Of a stretch of DNA of 64,000 bases, positions 21,812 through 33,223 are shown piece by piece; within the stretch, counting starts at the first letter, position 1; every line of letters begins with the position of its first letter. Under the pieces are notes generated by a model. The model saw nothing but the letters and a program-made list of their open reading frames with translations, was not told where the DNA came from and made no database searches. Source of the stretch: Tubulanus polymorphus. Lineage: Eukaryota; Animalia; Nemertea. The DNA lies in the NCBI RefSeq assembly GCF_964204645.1, contig NC_134025.1, positions 23,788,299 to 23,852,298 of the forward strand. The letters run 5' to 3'. The translations under genes were made by a program, and so were the position numbers.

Positions 21812-23083
21812 TTTTTAGCCCACTTGGGACTTTAGTCCCAGCGGGCTATTGCGTTTACTTTTTGTCCGTCGTCCGTCCGTCCGTTCGTCCGTCCGTAGAC
21901 GGAATCCAGTTATTTTGGGAAGTTTTGAAGACGCTTCCAGGTAATGTCTTGATATTTGGGTTACACATGTATCTACCCTAGACACATCTTCAGCCCAAAA
22001 ACTGGCCCTGTCAGAATCAAGATGGTCGACTGGCAGCCATTGTTGTTCACCAAAATCAGCACTTTTTACACATTTTTGAACTTTTTGAGGGAAATTTTGA
22101 AGACGCTTCGATCAATTACCTTGATCTTTCAGATATATGTGAATCCCCCCAGGGCCCATCAGCATAACAAAAATTGGGTCGGTCGGACTCAAGATGGCCG
22201 TCCTATGACCTTTTTAGTGCCCAAAAATGTTAATTTTGGCCCGAATTCTGAGTCCTGTAGCTTCCTACTGGTTGGCCATTTCTCATTACAATTTGTGATG
22301 GGTATTCTTTGGAAAGGGATGTTTTATACCTGAGACAGGTATTTTTCATCAGCCAATTATGACGCAATTGGCGGCCATCTTGGTGTCACCAGTACTCATT
22401 CGTAAGTTGGAAAAAGTTTTTCCACATTATATTGATACCTAAGCGTATTTTGCTACCACAATGGATTAGAAAGTTGTAGCTCATAACGTGTTCCAAGATT
22501 GTGGTGAGTTTCAAGGTAATTGGATTTCGTATATGGCCACCAGGGGGCGTTGAATAATACAATATCTTAGCATTTCTTTATTATATTCATATCAATGCAT
22601 ATTTTGTAACCACAATCAATTGGAAAGTTGTAGCTCATGACATCATCTATGATTGTTGCGAAGGACATAAGTTTTTCTATATGGTCACCAGGGGGCGTTG
22701 GATAGTAGAATAACTTAGTATTTCCTTATTATATTGGTACCTAGGCATATTTTGTTACCATGATCAATTGCAAAGTTGTAGTTCGTGACATATTCTATGA
22801 TTGTGGTGAGTTTCGAGGTCATTGGGTTTTGAATATGGTCACCAGGGGGCGTTGAATAGTAGAATGACTTAGTATTTCCATATTAGATTGGTAACGAGGC
22901 ATATTTTATTATCACAATCAATTACAAAATCGTAGCTGTTGACATGTTCTATGATTTTGGTGAGTTTCAAGGTCATTGGATTCTGTATATGGTCACCAGG
23001 GGGCGTTGAATATTGAAATTGTTAGATTGTTGAGCATTTGAAACCACTTCCCAAGTGGGCATGGTGTCCCTGGACCCCTAGTT
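21812..23083 (+). mobile_element. Helentron-associated non-autonomous element (HINE/DINE/pearl-like) with internal ~150-bp tandem array
   Basis: Subterminal inverted repeats GCCCACTTGGGA (~21818) / TCCCAAGTGGGC (~23049), 5' GTCC microsatellite (21864-21895), 3' short hairpin followed by CTAGTT, T-rich ends. GG(C/T)CACCAGGGGGCGTTG recurs at ~22536, 22683, 22837 and 22991. Confidence 0.75.
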
Positions 23084-24454
23084 TATCTTAAATTTTTGAT
23101 GAATTCAAATAGTGACGAATTCACCACATCTGAAATTCTACTCATGTAGATTTTCAGGCTTCATATAAATATTGTTCAACTGACAATTAAAATATAGCTA
23201 GTATGATTACTAATTAATGGTTCGCTTAGATACCTAGAATTTAATTAAAATTAATTCAATGTAATGAAACTGTGAATGTAGTGAAACTTATTCAAAATTG
23301 CACAGAGGATGAGACGACTGTATCGTGCAATGTCATCTGCGTCTAACTGGGCCACATGTGTGTGTGGGATCTGTTGAATCAGTTAGGTTTTGGGGGATTC
23401 GGGTTTAGTTAAGCTAGGTATCAAAAGCTCTGATGCAAAATTAGCAGTTCAAATAGTGATTAATTCAAATTCGTACCAGATCTGAAATTCTTCTCGTGTA
23501 GAAATTTCCAGCATCATATAAAATATTGTCCGAGACAATTTCAATTAACTTATTGATTAGGTATCTAATTCAGCATCTTCATATAAGGTAAAAGTGCTCA
23601 AATCTAAACCATAGGGGTCGATAAGACAACTGTATAATTTAATATTGATTGATATATAAAGAATACTGGGTATGTTTTAACTCTGTCTCTTGTGCATGGG
23701 ATTTATTGAATCTTTAAGGCTTTGCAGAATTCTGGATTTGTGGGAATGATTCAAGGTTTTTTAAATCTGTAGAACCATGTTACTTATAGGATCAGTGTGC
23801 ACAATGCTGGCAGCGCACTCATTCTTCAGTTAGTTATATTATCATGATTACAAAATCATTGTATATATTAGGAGCAATATTTAGAATTAATGAAATGGAT
23901 TAGAATACCATTCACTGGGTACAGATGTCGCCATCTGTGGGTAGAAAACATCTTTTAAGTTTATTAACTGATGATGAAGTAAATTTGATAATACGAACAT
24001 GGTTTAGCTGACAATCGAAATGTATATAGGCAAATATTACTAGCAGGTTTGCACTGTATGATGGGCCTGGGTTTCAATAAAAGACACATCAAGAATTTCA
24101 AGAAGATAGAAGAGAAAACAGTTCAAAAACGATTTGATAAGATTGATTATGCATTGCTAAATTTGTTGTAACTCTGGTATTCCTAGAGATGACTATAGAT
24201 GCTTTAGTTGAATTGTTGCTAAACTATAATAATCAACCATTGCTTAGATATTTAGAATATAGATGAATTACTATATGAGTTGAATTTCATAAATATCATT
24301 TAAGACTATTATTAAAATCTACGTATCGATCCATATTGCTGATCTTATATATGAATTGACATGATAATCATGATCAGTGATATTCGAAAGGATTTTCAGT
24401 TCAAAAGGTTCTGCTCTTTTCTTCAGCTTGCCGTTTCAGACTGATTGGAAGATA

Positions 24455-25240
24455 GTTTGAATGAACCGGAATCGAATTTCCCAATTATGTACTTCGATTT
24501 CAGACATACTCGAGAAAAACTACAATAAACTGAAAAATTTGACAAATTTAAACGGTGAAAATGACAAAAAAATTAAAGCTAGACAAAATTCTCCCACCTT
24601 GTAAACTTTCGGACTAGTTACATGAAAAAAGACCAAATATTGTAAAATATAGTTATTTCCAAAATCTCGATGTATTAAATTAGGCAGAAAAAAAATAGAT
24701 AAAATTATTAAACCTTGTAAACTTTCGGACTAGTTACATGAAAACAAGACCAAATATTGTGAAATATAATAATTTCCAAAATCTTGTTGTATTAAATTAG
24801 GCAGAAAAAAAGTTAACCCCAATCAGTCACTTAATATGTGCTTCGACTATTTAAACGGTGAAAACGACCAAAAAAATTGAAGTTAGACAAAATTATTAAA
24901 CATTGTAAACTTTCGGACTAGTTACATTAAAAAGAGACCAAATATTGTAAAATTATCTTCAACCTCGTAATATAGTTATTTCCAAAATCAGAATTAGGCA
25001 GAATAAAAGATTGTTTGAATGAACCGGAACCGAATTACCAATTATGTTCTTGGACTTTAAAAAAAAGATCTGTAAAAACGACCGCCGATCACGCAACTAT
25101 ATCTGTACTTCGATTTCCGATTTTGAAAAAAAACCGCCGTATCGCTCCCGGCAGGTGTGGTAGGTTTGTAAGGGACACCAACTCGAAAAGTCAAACGAGA
25201 GCTTGAGGTCAACAAGTCATCAAAAATCTGCCAATTAGAG
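24455..25240. repeat. Local tandem duplications plus a dispersed repeat fragment
   Basis: TTGTAAACTTTCGGACTAGTTACAT occurs three times (~24599, 24715, 24903). GTTTGAATGAACCGGAA occurs twice. 25105-25240 resembles 61297-61410 (CCCGG.AGGTGTGGT.GGTTTG.AAGGGACACCAA). Confidence 0.8.
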
Positions 25241-27029
25241 AAGAGTGCACAGAAACCAACCGACTTAGGAGATCCTCGTCGATGATGAAACCAGCAACTA
25301 TGAGAAAGAGCGACCAGCTTAAAATCAACTACTCATCTGAAATCTATGGATTTGAACAACCCACAGAAGAATCAAACTCATTAGATGGAATTACCGGTAC
25401 GGTATATAGAAATTTCAGGCCTCATATGAATATCATTTGATAAGTGATTATCATCGAAATCTATTTACCTGTCCACATGGCTGATCTTAGAACTTTTATC
25501 TTTACTAGTCTTATGCCTCGGAGTAATAAATTTTTCAAATGATTACTCCAAGCTTAAACATTGATGAACTAGTCCTACTACTGCAATTATTTATTGGGGT
25601 TTAAATCGGCAATTGACGTCAATGAACCTAATTCTGATTTTGGAAATAACTATATTAACTAAGTGAAAAACACGGTGGCTTGTAATTTGAAATGACATGT
25701 AAGTTATGATAAATCTGTCTAAAATGTTTTGCTTTCTTCACTTTGTTTCAGTTAAACTACATCCCGCAAATAATGGCCTGAAGAAGACACAAGTAGACAA
25801 ATACCCATTGACCAATTTGCTGATGAAAACTGCAGAAGCCCAGATGAGAAGTTTAGGAGCCAGCGACGGATCAATCACTCAACGATGGAATCTTCTACAA
25901 TCGGTGGTTGATTTCTATAAAACATTTTATCAGGAGCAGCAGAGATGATAGTGTATCTTATAAACACTGATTCGCGCAGCAAAGATAATGGATTATCTCA
26001 TAAAATCTGATTCAGGATAAACACCGAAGCAGCAAAGACAATGGTTTATCTCATGAACACCGAGATCTAGCAGCGGCAAAGACCTCTGTAGTAAAGTATT
26101 GATTTTTTTTACTAACATCACCCTTTTTCAGACCATTCTGATAGGTAACATAGTTTGAAAAATTTACCTGATTGCGTGGAATGGAGTATGAAAATAGTTG
26201 TTGAGTCGAATATTGAAAATAGTTAGATAATTAGGTTCCGTTGGCCTGAGAAAGGAACTCTACGTTTGAATATTTCAATATAGAGATAACTATTTTATAA
26301 TGAGTTTGTAAAAAGATGTGTCATGTGTTTTGCAATGTGACAGAAATATCCTTCTTAGAGTCTAATAAAAGCTAAGCTCCATTAATTCACGATATTGGTC
26401 CTGGATCTTTGGTTGATAGATAAGTCGAGTTAGGTTAGTCACTAGGAGTAAATGGTCGCGTCGAGCGCCTAGTTTTGAGTTGTAGGTCTGTTGAGTTAAC
26501 GCCTAAACTGAGATATAGTTTCATTGTGCTTACCATAGTTAAACAGAGTCAACACAGTGGCTTTGCCCTGTAGATATCACATGGTTAGGAAACATAGAAC
26601 ATAACGTTCTATGTACAAATAATAAGTATTTGCAGAATTGTAGATGTACTAATTTGATGGCATTGATATTTTCGAAGGCCCGTGTAACCAATTTGAGAAA
26701 TGAATCATATATGTCGATTTTCACATGGAGTTTTAACTTTGAGCCTCCATCAATCTGTTCGATGCTACGTATTTGAAAGCAAAAGCTTTATCTAAAAGGA
26801 GACCATTATTTACATTTGAGAGGTAAAGCTAAAGTTATAGCTAGGACTAATTTTGAACGTTTTAACATTGTTTATAGCTGTTTGAACTTCTTTTATAATA
26901 GTGGGTAAATCCATATCACGAGATGGCTCTCGTGAATAATCACTTAGCTTCAAATCGGGTGTATAATGATTATTAAGAAGCGACAGTGAATTAGTAGTGC
27001 TTTTTAAAAATGGGCCCAGAACTTTACTG

Positions 27030-28905
27030 TGAAAAATGCCTGCAGTTGTAAATAGAGGAGTATAAATAATACATGATACAAAATACATGTGCATGAATAA
27101 ATAAGAAATACCAATAAATAAAAAATTATAAATAATAGATAGTAAATAATACAAAATAAAAGTTCATAAATAAATGAATAATATTTAAAAAAAATTAATA
27201 TAATAATAAGCAACAATACAAACAAACAACAAATTAATACTCTATTTACATGAAAAGGCATTTTTTCAAATATTTATCAATAAGGTTTTTTCATTTATCG
27301 AACAACCTTCCCTAAGTATAGCGAAAACCGGAGATCTTTTCTGTTGTTGTTTTTAGCGTTCTATCAACTCAGTTACTGTAATAAACAAAACAAATAACTA
27401 TAAACCTTAACTAAATCGAATACACTTAAAAAAATAACTGATATGATAGAATGCTTTGAATAACTGTGATGAAAGATCGACCCGTCCTTAGAACTAGCTG
27501 CGCTCAATCACTGCTGTGACTGTTTATTGTTATACTGGGGTAGACTTACGGGGCAGACTTACTATCTAAAATCATGTACATACATTTTACTTTTTAGAAA
27601 GAATCTAAAACAGCTATAAACTTAAGTTATTGATGTTATTGATTAGTTACCGATTGTATAATTATGTTGATGTTTTTAAAACTGGAAGAAAAAACGTCAG
27701 AATAGTTAGTATTTAATGCCAAGGTGCTTGAAAATCTTTGTCGGGGCAAAGTTAGCAAAATTCTAGTTTTCAAGTGAAAGTAATGTTTATGAAAAAGAAA
27801 TTAAGAATGATAAATTGATACTCCAAGATTTCTGGAGTGAATCAGTATGTTTCATCTCTAGTTTTAACGCTTTATGTTAGAGACTGTTGTAGAGATTGTA
27901 ATACAGTTCACGTGTTTGTAAATTAGGAACTTACATGATGATTCCTCGATTAAGATATTATTGTTGTGTGAATAAAACATTGTACATTTTCATCATTCAT
28001 GTTGAAACTTTTCAGTTGTTAAGTTTTATAGCAACTATTTCACTTTGGTGCTTATCAGTCGTTCATAAAATGCTGATTTAATTAAGGCCCTGTCGAAAAT
28101 AGAGGATAACTTGTGGATGCAGTGCTAATTGTTCAATCGTCCTAGCTTTGTTTTGATTATCGGTTTAACCGCGTCTGTGTGGGGCCTGTAATGTCTGGAC
28201 AAGAAGAATTAGTTGAGCTTTTTCTTGATAATTAAATGTCATTTGAAAAGTTGACACGGTAGATTCATATTTCATGAAATATAACAAAGTGTCGGTTATA
28301 TTGACCTCATGAATTGTCAAATTCATAATCTTAGACTTTCAGACTAGTCCAATTTTCTATGTTTTATGGATAAAAATTTATAATTCTTTGTGTATTTATG
28401 TTATTTTGCTATTGATGCAAATTGTATAAAATCAGTAGTAGTGGAAATGTATTGTATATTAAAACTTCGAAATACTTTACATGTTACTTTTGTGGTTTAG
28501 AGTTATTACAATTTCATTCATAGTAATAGAAATAAAATAACTATTAAAATTTGAGAAAATAAGCTAAAAGTTAATATGTTATGTGAAAATAAAATGATGT
28601 AAAAATGTAAATCAGATTTATTACTTAATCCTACGCTTTCCAGAGTATTTGGCCAGGTTTATCTCTGGTTTTAGTGCGGGGGCCATGGACTCTTACAGTT
28701 AGAGTCCATGGTTGGGCCATAGACTTTTCTGTTTTAGAGTCTATGTTAGGACCATGAGCGTATAAACACTCATTTATAGTTTATACGCCTATGGTGGTTG
28801 GACGTTATTTTTGAAAGTCCACGTGTTTGAGGAGCTTACATTATAATTACTCGAGCACTCTTGGCATTTTGTATAATTGTTGTATGAGAATAAATATGAT
28901 TGATT
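27030..28905. repeat. Copy 1 of a ~1.8-kb structured duplicated segment (copy 2 at ~30185-31962)
   Basis: Collinear shared blocks: A-rich tract, AATAAACAAAACAAATAAC.ATAAACCTTAACTAAATC, TCTTAGAC.TTCAGACTAGTCC, CTTTCCAGAGTATTTGGCCAGGTTTATCTCTGGTTTTAGTGCGGGG, GTATGAGAATAAATATGATTG. Confidence 0.9.
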
Positions 28906-29359
28906 TTGAAATTTGTTAAGTTTAATATAGCAACTCTTGGATTGAGGCCTCAATCGATTTAGGAATTATGAAACTGGGTCCTGGGTATTGTTGTTGACCA
29001 ATCAGTTTCACCCAGGATCCCAATGGTATTTTTTCCCCAGGGGCTTGTATATTGTTATTTTATATACATTATACATGTAGGCACTGGATTAACAGATTAT
29101 CGTTTTTACACTACCTACAACTCTGATACGAGCCCCTGTGTTTAATTCTTGCAATCTACTTCATCCAATACATAATCCCACCAACTGGTCCGCTGACAAG
29201 CTTTTACACGTTCGGAAGACATGCTTATGTGATTATATCAACGCTAAAGAACCAATACGACTTTGTGATTTACACTAGGCCCGTTCACAGTTGTTGACGC
29301 TATGACCAGCCAGAAGTACAGCGGGCCTAACTACGATTCAAAAATCAATTTTAGGCCTA

Positions 29360-30100
29360 CTTTGGCTGATAATTAAAATGAAAATTTGTCAGTTATTAAT
29401 TCAGATTTTTTAAGTATGTACAATTAAGGTAAATTCAATATCTTATGTGACATTTGAAATTTTTCGAATGTACCGTAGATATTTCAGGCCTCATATGACA
29501 ATTGTTTAACTGACAATCAAGATATAGAGATGGGACAATTTACTAATTAATTAACCAATCGCTTAGATATTAGCAATCATTCAATATCTTATAATGTTTG
29601 ACAAGAAATTCTTCTGGTGTAGATATTTTAGGGCCCCGTATACATTTAGGCTGGCTTTACTTGTAAAATTAAACTTCGTCGGTTAATAGATTTTTTTACA
29701 AATAGTATATTGATACATTTATAAACATTCGGGCACTTTACAGTATATATTATGTGCTGCTTTACCCATTGCATTAATCAATTTCTCCGCGGAAACATGT
29801 ATAAAATAGTGTCTAGGGCTCTATCGAGATCTGGTGTAATATGGGGAAAACTATGGACAGTGGATCTTTTAGAAACTATGATTACGTCTCAGCATTTTGA
29901 CAAATCTAGTATGAAACAAAGCTTAAATTGATTCAAATCATTCCCCAGAGCCATACTATGCGCCTTGATTTGCGCTATGATTATTGATTAACTGACAATT
30001 ATCATATATATAGCTAGGACAAATTGCTCATTATCAAATGGCTTAGGTATCCGCAATTAAGATTCCGCAATCAATATTTCATGTAAGATCAAAAACTATA
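29360..30100. repeat. Second copy of the 20335-21040 segment
   Basis: Direct collinear similarity to 20335-21040. Confidence 0.9.
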
Positions 30101-30184
30101 TGTAATACAGCTCCATAATATAAATGTCGTTAAACTGACAATTTAAATATAGCTGATATGATGTATAGCTGATATAGCTGATAA

Positions 30185-31962
30185 TTCCTGATGATGTAGA
30201 TTGTAATAAATAGTACAAAATACATAGAACATAATTAAGAAAAATACATTAAAAAAACAATAAATAAAAAAATACATAACAAAAAATTAAATTATAAGTA
30301 ATAAAAATAAACAAAACCAACAAACAATTAGTAAATACTCTATATAGGGCCTTCATCATCAGGCATGTTTTCTAATCAACTTAATAATTATTAAAGGTTC
30401 TTCTTTCATAGAACAACCTTCTCCGTGTTTCCCAACCTCTTGAGATCCTTTCTGTTGTTGTTTTAAGCATTCTATCGGCTCAGTAATAAACAAAACAAAT
30501 AACCATAAACCTTAACTAAATCAAACACACTAAAAAATATCTGTTTCGATAGAATGCTTCAAATAACTGATGAAAGATCATGCTTCCATTTACCTATATA
30601 TCACACCCTATCACTGCTGTAACTGTTAATTGTTTTAGGGATAATATCTGGGAGATACATTTTACTCTTTTTCAGAAAGAATGTTAAACAGCTATAAACG
30701 TGATTAGTTATCGATAGTAAAATTATTGTCATGTTTTCCCTGAAATAACGTTGTATTAAATGAGCGAACTGATAATGTTTGAAAACCTCAGGTAAAGTTA
30801 GAAAAACTCTAGTTATCTTGTAAAACTCCAGTTATCTTGGAAAATAATTTTAATGGAAATAAAAATAAAGATTGATTAGCTAATCTCAAGCTTTCCAGAG
30901 TTAATCTTTAGGTTTTATCTCTGATTTTAATGCTTTTCTGTTGAACTGTTTTTTTTCAAATACAGTTCACCCATTGGTTAATGAAGAACTGATAATTCCT
31001 CGAATACAAAGCAAAGTTTGCAAAATTTCAGTTTTCTTGTAAAAATAATGTTAATGAAATGAAATTAGAGATTGATTATTTGAATGAATTTGTGGTTTTA
31101 TGTCCAGCTTTAATGTTTATATGCTGGAGATATGTTTTGCAGTTTTTTGTAAAAACAGAAATCTTTCTTACATTGTCATTTGCTCTGTATAGTTGATATG
31201 ATAGAATGCTTCATATTTCATGAAATAATCAAGTGTCACTTATGCCCGGTGACATCATGAAATGTCAAATTAATAGTCTTAGACGTTCAGACTAGTCCCA
31301 ATTGTCGGTGTTTTATGGATCAAAGTTTACAATTCTTTGTGTAATTTTGTTATTTTCCTATTGATTCAAATTGTATGAATCAGTTGCAGTGGAAATTTGA
31401 ATAAAAACCTTGAAATACCTTGCATGATATGTGATATTAAAAGCTAGTAATTTTATTATTGAATAATCTAAGTCATTATTATAAGGCTAAAAATGATACC
31501 TTGTTTTTCCCGATCGGTCGGGTCATTTCATAAATCAATGAAATTTGTAATCAGTTAATTTCTATCTGCCGGGTCTGTTATGGTTAGCTTAATCATGATT
31601 TTAAAGTAATACCTTGGTAGATAGGTGGCCGGCCGGGTCAAATTTTAAAGAGTAAAAATGTAAATCAGATTGATTCATTAAATCTTACGCTTTCCAGAGT
31701 ATTTGGCCAGGTTTATCTCTGGTTTTAGTGCGGGGAGCCATGGACTCGAGAGTCCATGGTTGTGGGCCATAGACGTTTCTGTTATAGAGTCTATGGTTGG
31801 ACCATGGATGTATAAACTCTAGTTTATAGTGTATACGTCCATGGTTGGACTGTTTTTGAAATACAGACCACGTGTTTTAGGAGCTTACGTTATAATTCCT
31901 CGAGCACAAACCTGGCATTTTGTATAATTGTTGTACACTGTATGAGAATAAATATGATTGAA
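30185..31962. repeat. Copy 2 of the structured duplicated segment
   Basis: Collinear with 27030-28905; stems retained with substitutions. Confidence 0.9.
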
Positions 31963-32550
31963 ATTCTTTATCTGGTTAGCTAATCTGAACTTTGTTAGTT
32001 CACCAGTCAGTGGTTTTTGTTATCTTGCAATCCACCTCTTTTTTTAACCCAATATTCCCACCAATATTGTGCGGAGACGAGGATGTCCGGAAAACATGAT
32101 AATCGGATATTGGCAATACAGCTTACCAATTCAACCCGGACACACTAACACTTGTTGACCGGTTAGAAGCGAGTGTTGAAGAGTAATTACGAAATTAGCA
32201 ATCTTTTTGATTGTTATTATAGCCATCAGGGGCGGATCCAGACCGTATTGTCCAATACATTGTTTGTACGGTCTAAAATTTAAGTGCCCTTCGGCAATAT
32301 TTTGTGACGGCATATATTTCACCACCCGCTAATTTGATATTTCCACTGATGATCGGTTTGATTTTTATATACAGAAGCAGAGTCCTGAATAGTTAACTTT
32401 GCCTTTAAAAGTGGCACCCAGTATCCTTCTTTTGGTGTTAACATTACATGATTAATTACATGAGATTTGTGTTTCTCTTGTAAAAATCATTGTTTTTATT
32501 TTCTTCATGCTTTCGGTAAATGTAGCTGATGACCTCCTGATCGTTTCTAA

Positions 32551-32767
32551 GGTTCGAACCCAGTAATTACTGATACTGGTTCAGAGTGGTCCTGATGCTG
32601 AATAGAGGATGCACAAGGGTGTCCCGGGTTCGAACACAGTAATTACTGATCCTGGTTCAGAGTGGTACTGATGCTGAATGGAGGATGTATAGGGTTCAAA
32701 CCCAGTAACTACTGATACTGATTCAGACTTGTCCTGATGCTGAATAAAGGATGTACAGGGTGTCCCG
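32551..32767 (+). repeat. Three tandem ~66-76 bp units beginning with a Pol III B-box-like GGTTCGAACCC
   Basis: GGTTC(G/A)AAC.CAGTAA.TACTGAT.CTG.TTCAGA...CTGATGCTGAAT at 32551, 32627 and 32693. Confidence 0.85.
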
Positions 32768-33099
32768 ACCGTACAGTCCTGCCGCTATGCTCATCGTTAG
32801 CGGGATTTTCATACACTAACTAAAGTCAACTCTGGCAATCGACGTGCTGTCCAGATCGTATACACAGGGACGCGAGTATTATTTCTAGAAAGCGATGAAT
32901 AATCTCGGAGCCAACCGTTTCTCGATAAACAAAATACTAACCACACCATGAAACGGTATTTTGAATTTACCCCTTCTGAAATGAACGTACAAATTCATAT
33001 GGAATAGAAGAATACTAAATCAAATTTTAGAATCTTTAATATTTGGTTCAGATTCTATTAGAAAGTGTGATTTGTGAAATGGTCGTTCCGTTTCGTGTT

Positions 33100-33223
33100 T
33101 ACGCGTATATCATTTACCGGTGTGGGTTGAGTCAACATGGCGGATTCTGATTTATATCGTTGACAAGGAAAACAACAAAGTATTCGTAATTAAGTCTAAT
33201 TAATCTAACCGAGTTTGCTTTTG
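33100..33223 (+). promoter_or_regulatory. Candidate promoter / non-coding first exon of the neurabin gene
   Basis: CpG-containing patch with YY1-like CAACATGGCGG (33133) followed by a TG|GTAAGT donor at 33224. Linkage to neurabin is inferred. Confidence 0.4.

Noticed and set aside
22400-23010. Regularly spaced repeats resembling a CRISPR array
   Set aside because: The intervening sequences are homologous to each other, so this is a tandem repeat; eukaryotic context with no cas genes.
26810-27261. Hydrophobic - strand ORFs
   Set aside because: Artefact of the A-rich tract giving T-rich codons (F/L/I/Y); no recognisable protein motif.
27395-27420. TAAACCTTAACTAA as a telomerase RNA template
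   Set aside because: It does not match a 1.5-repeat TTAGGG or TTAGG template, and no pseudoknot or H/ACA context was recognised.
32551-32640. tRNA gene suggested by GGTTCGAACCC
   Set aside because: No A-box, D-arm or acceptor stem; it is part of a tandem repeat.
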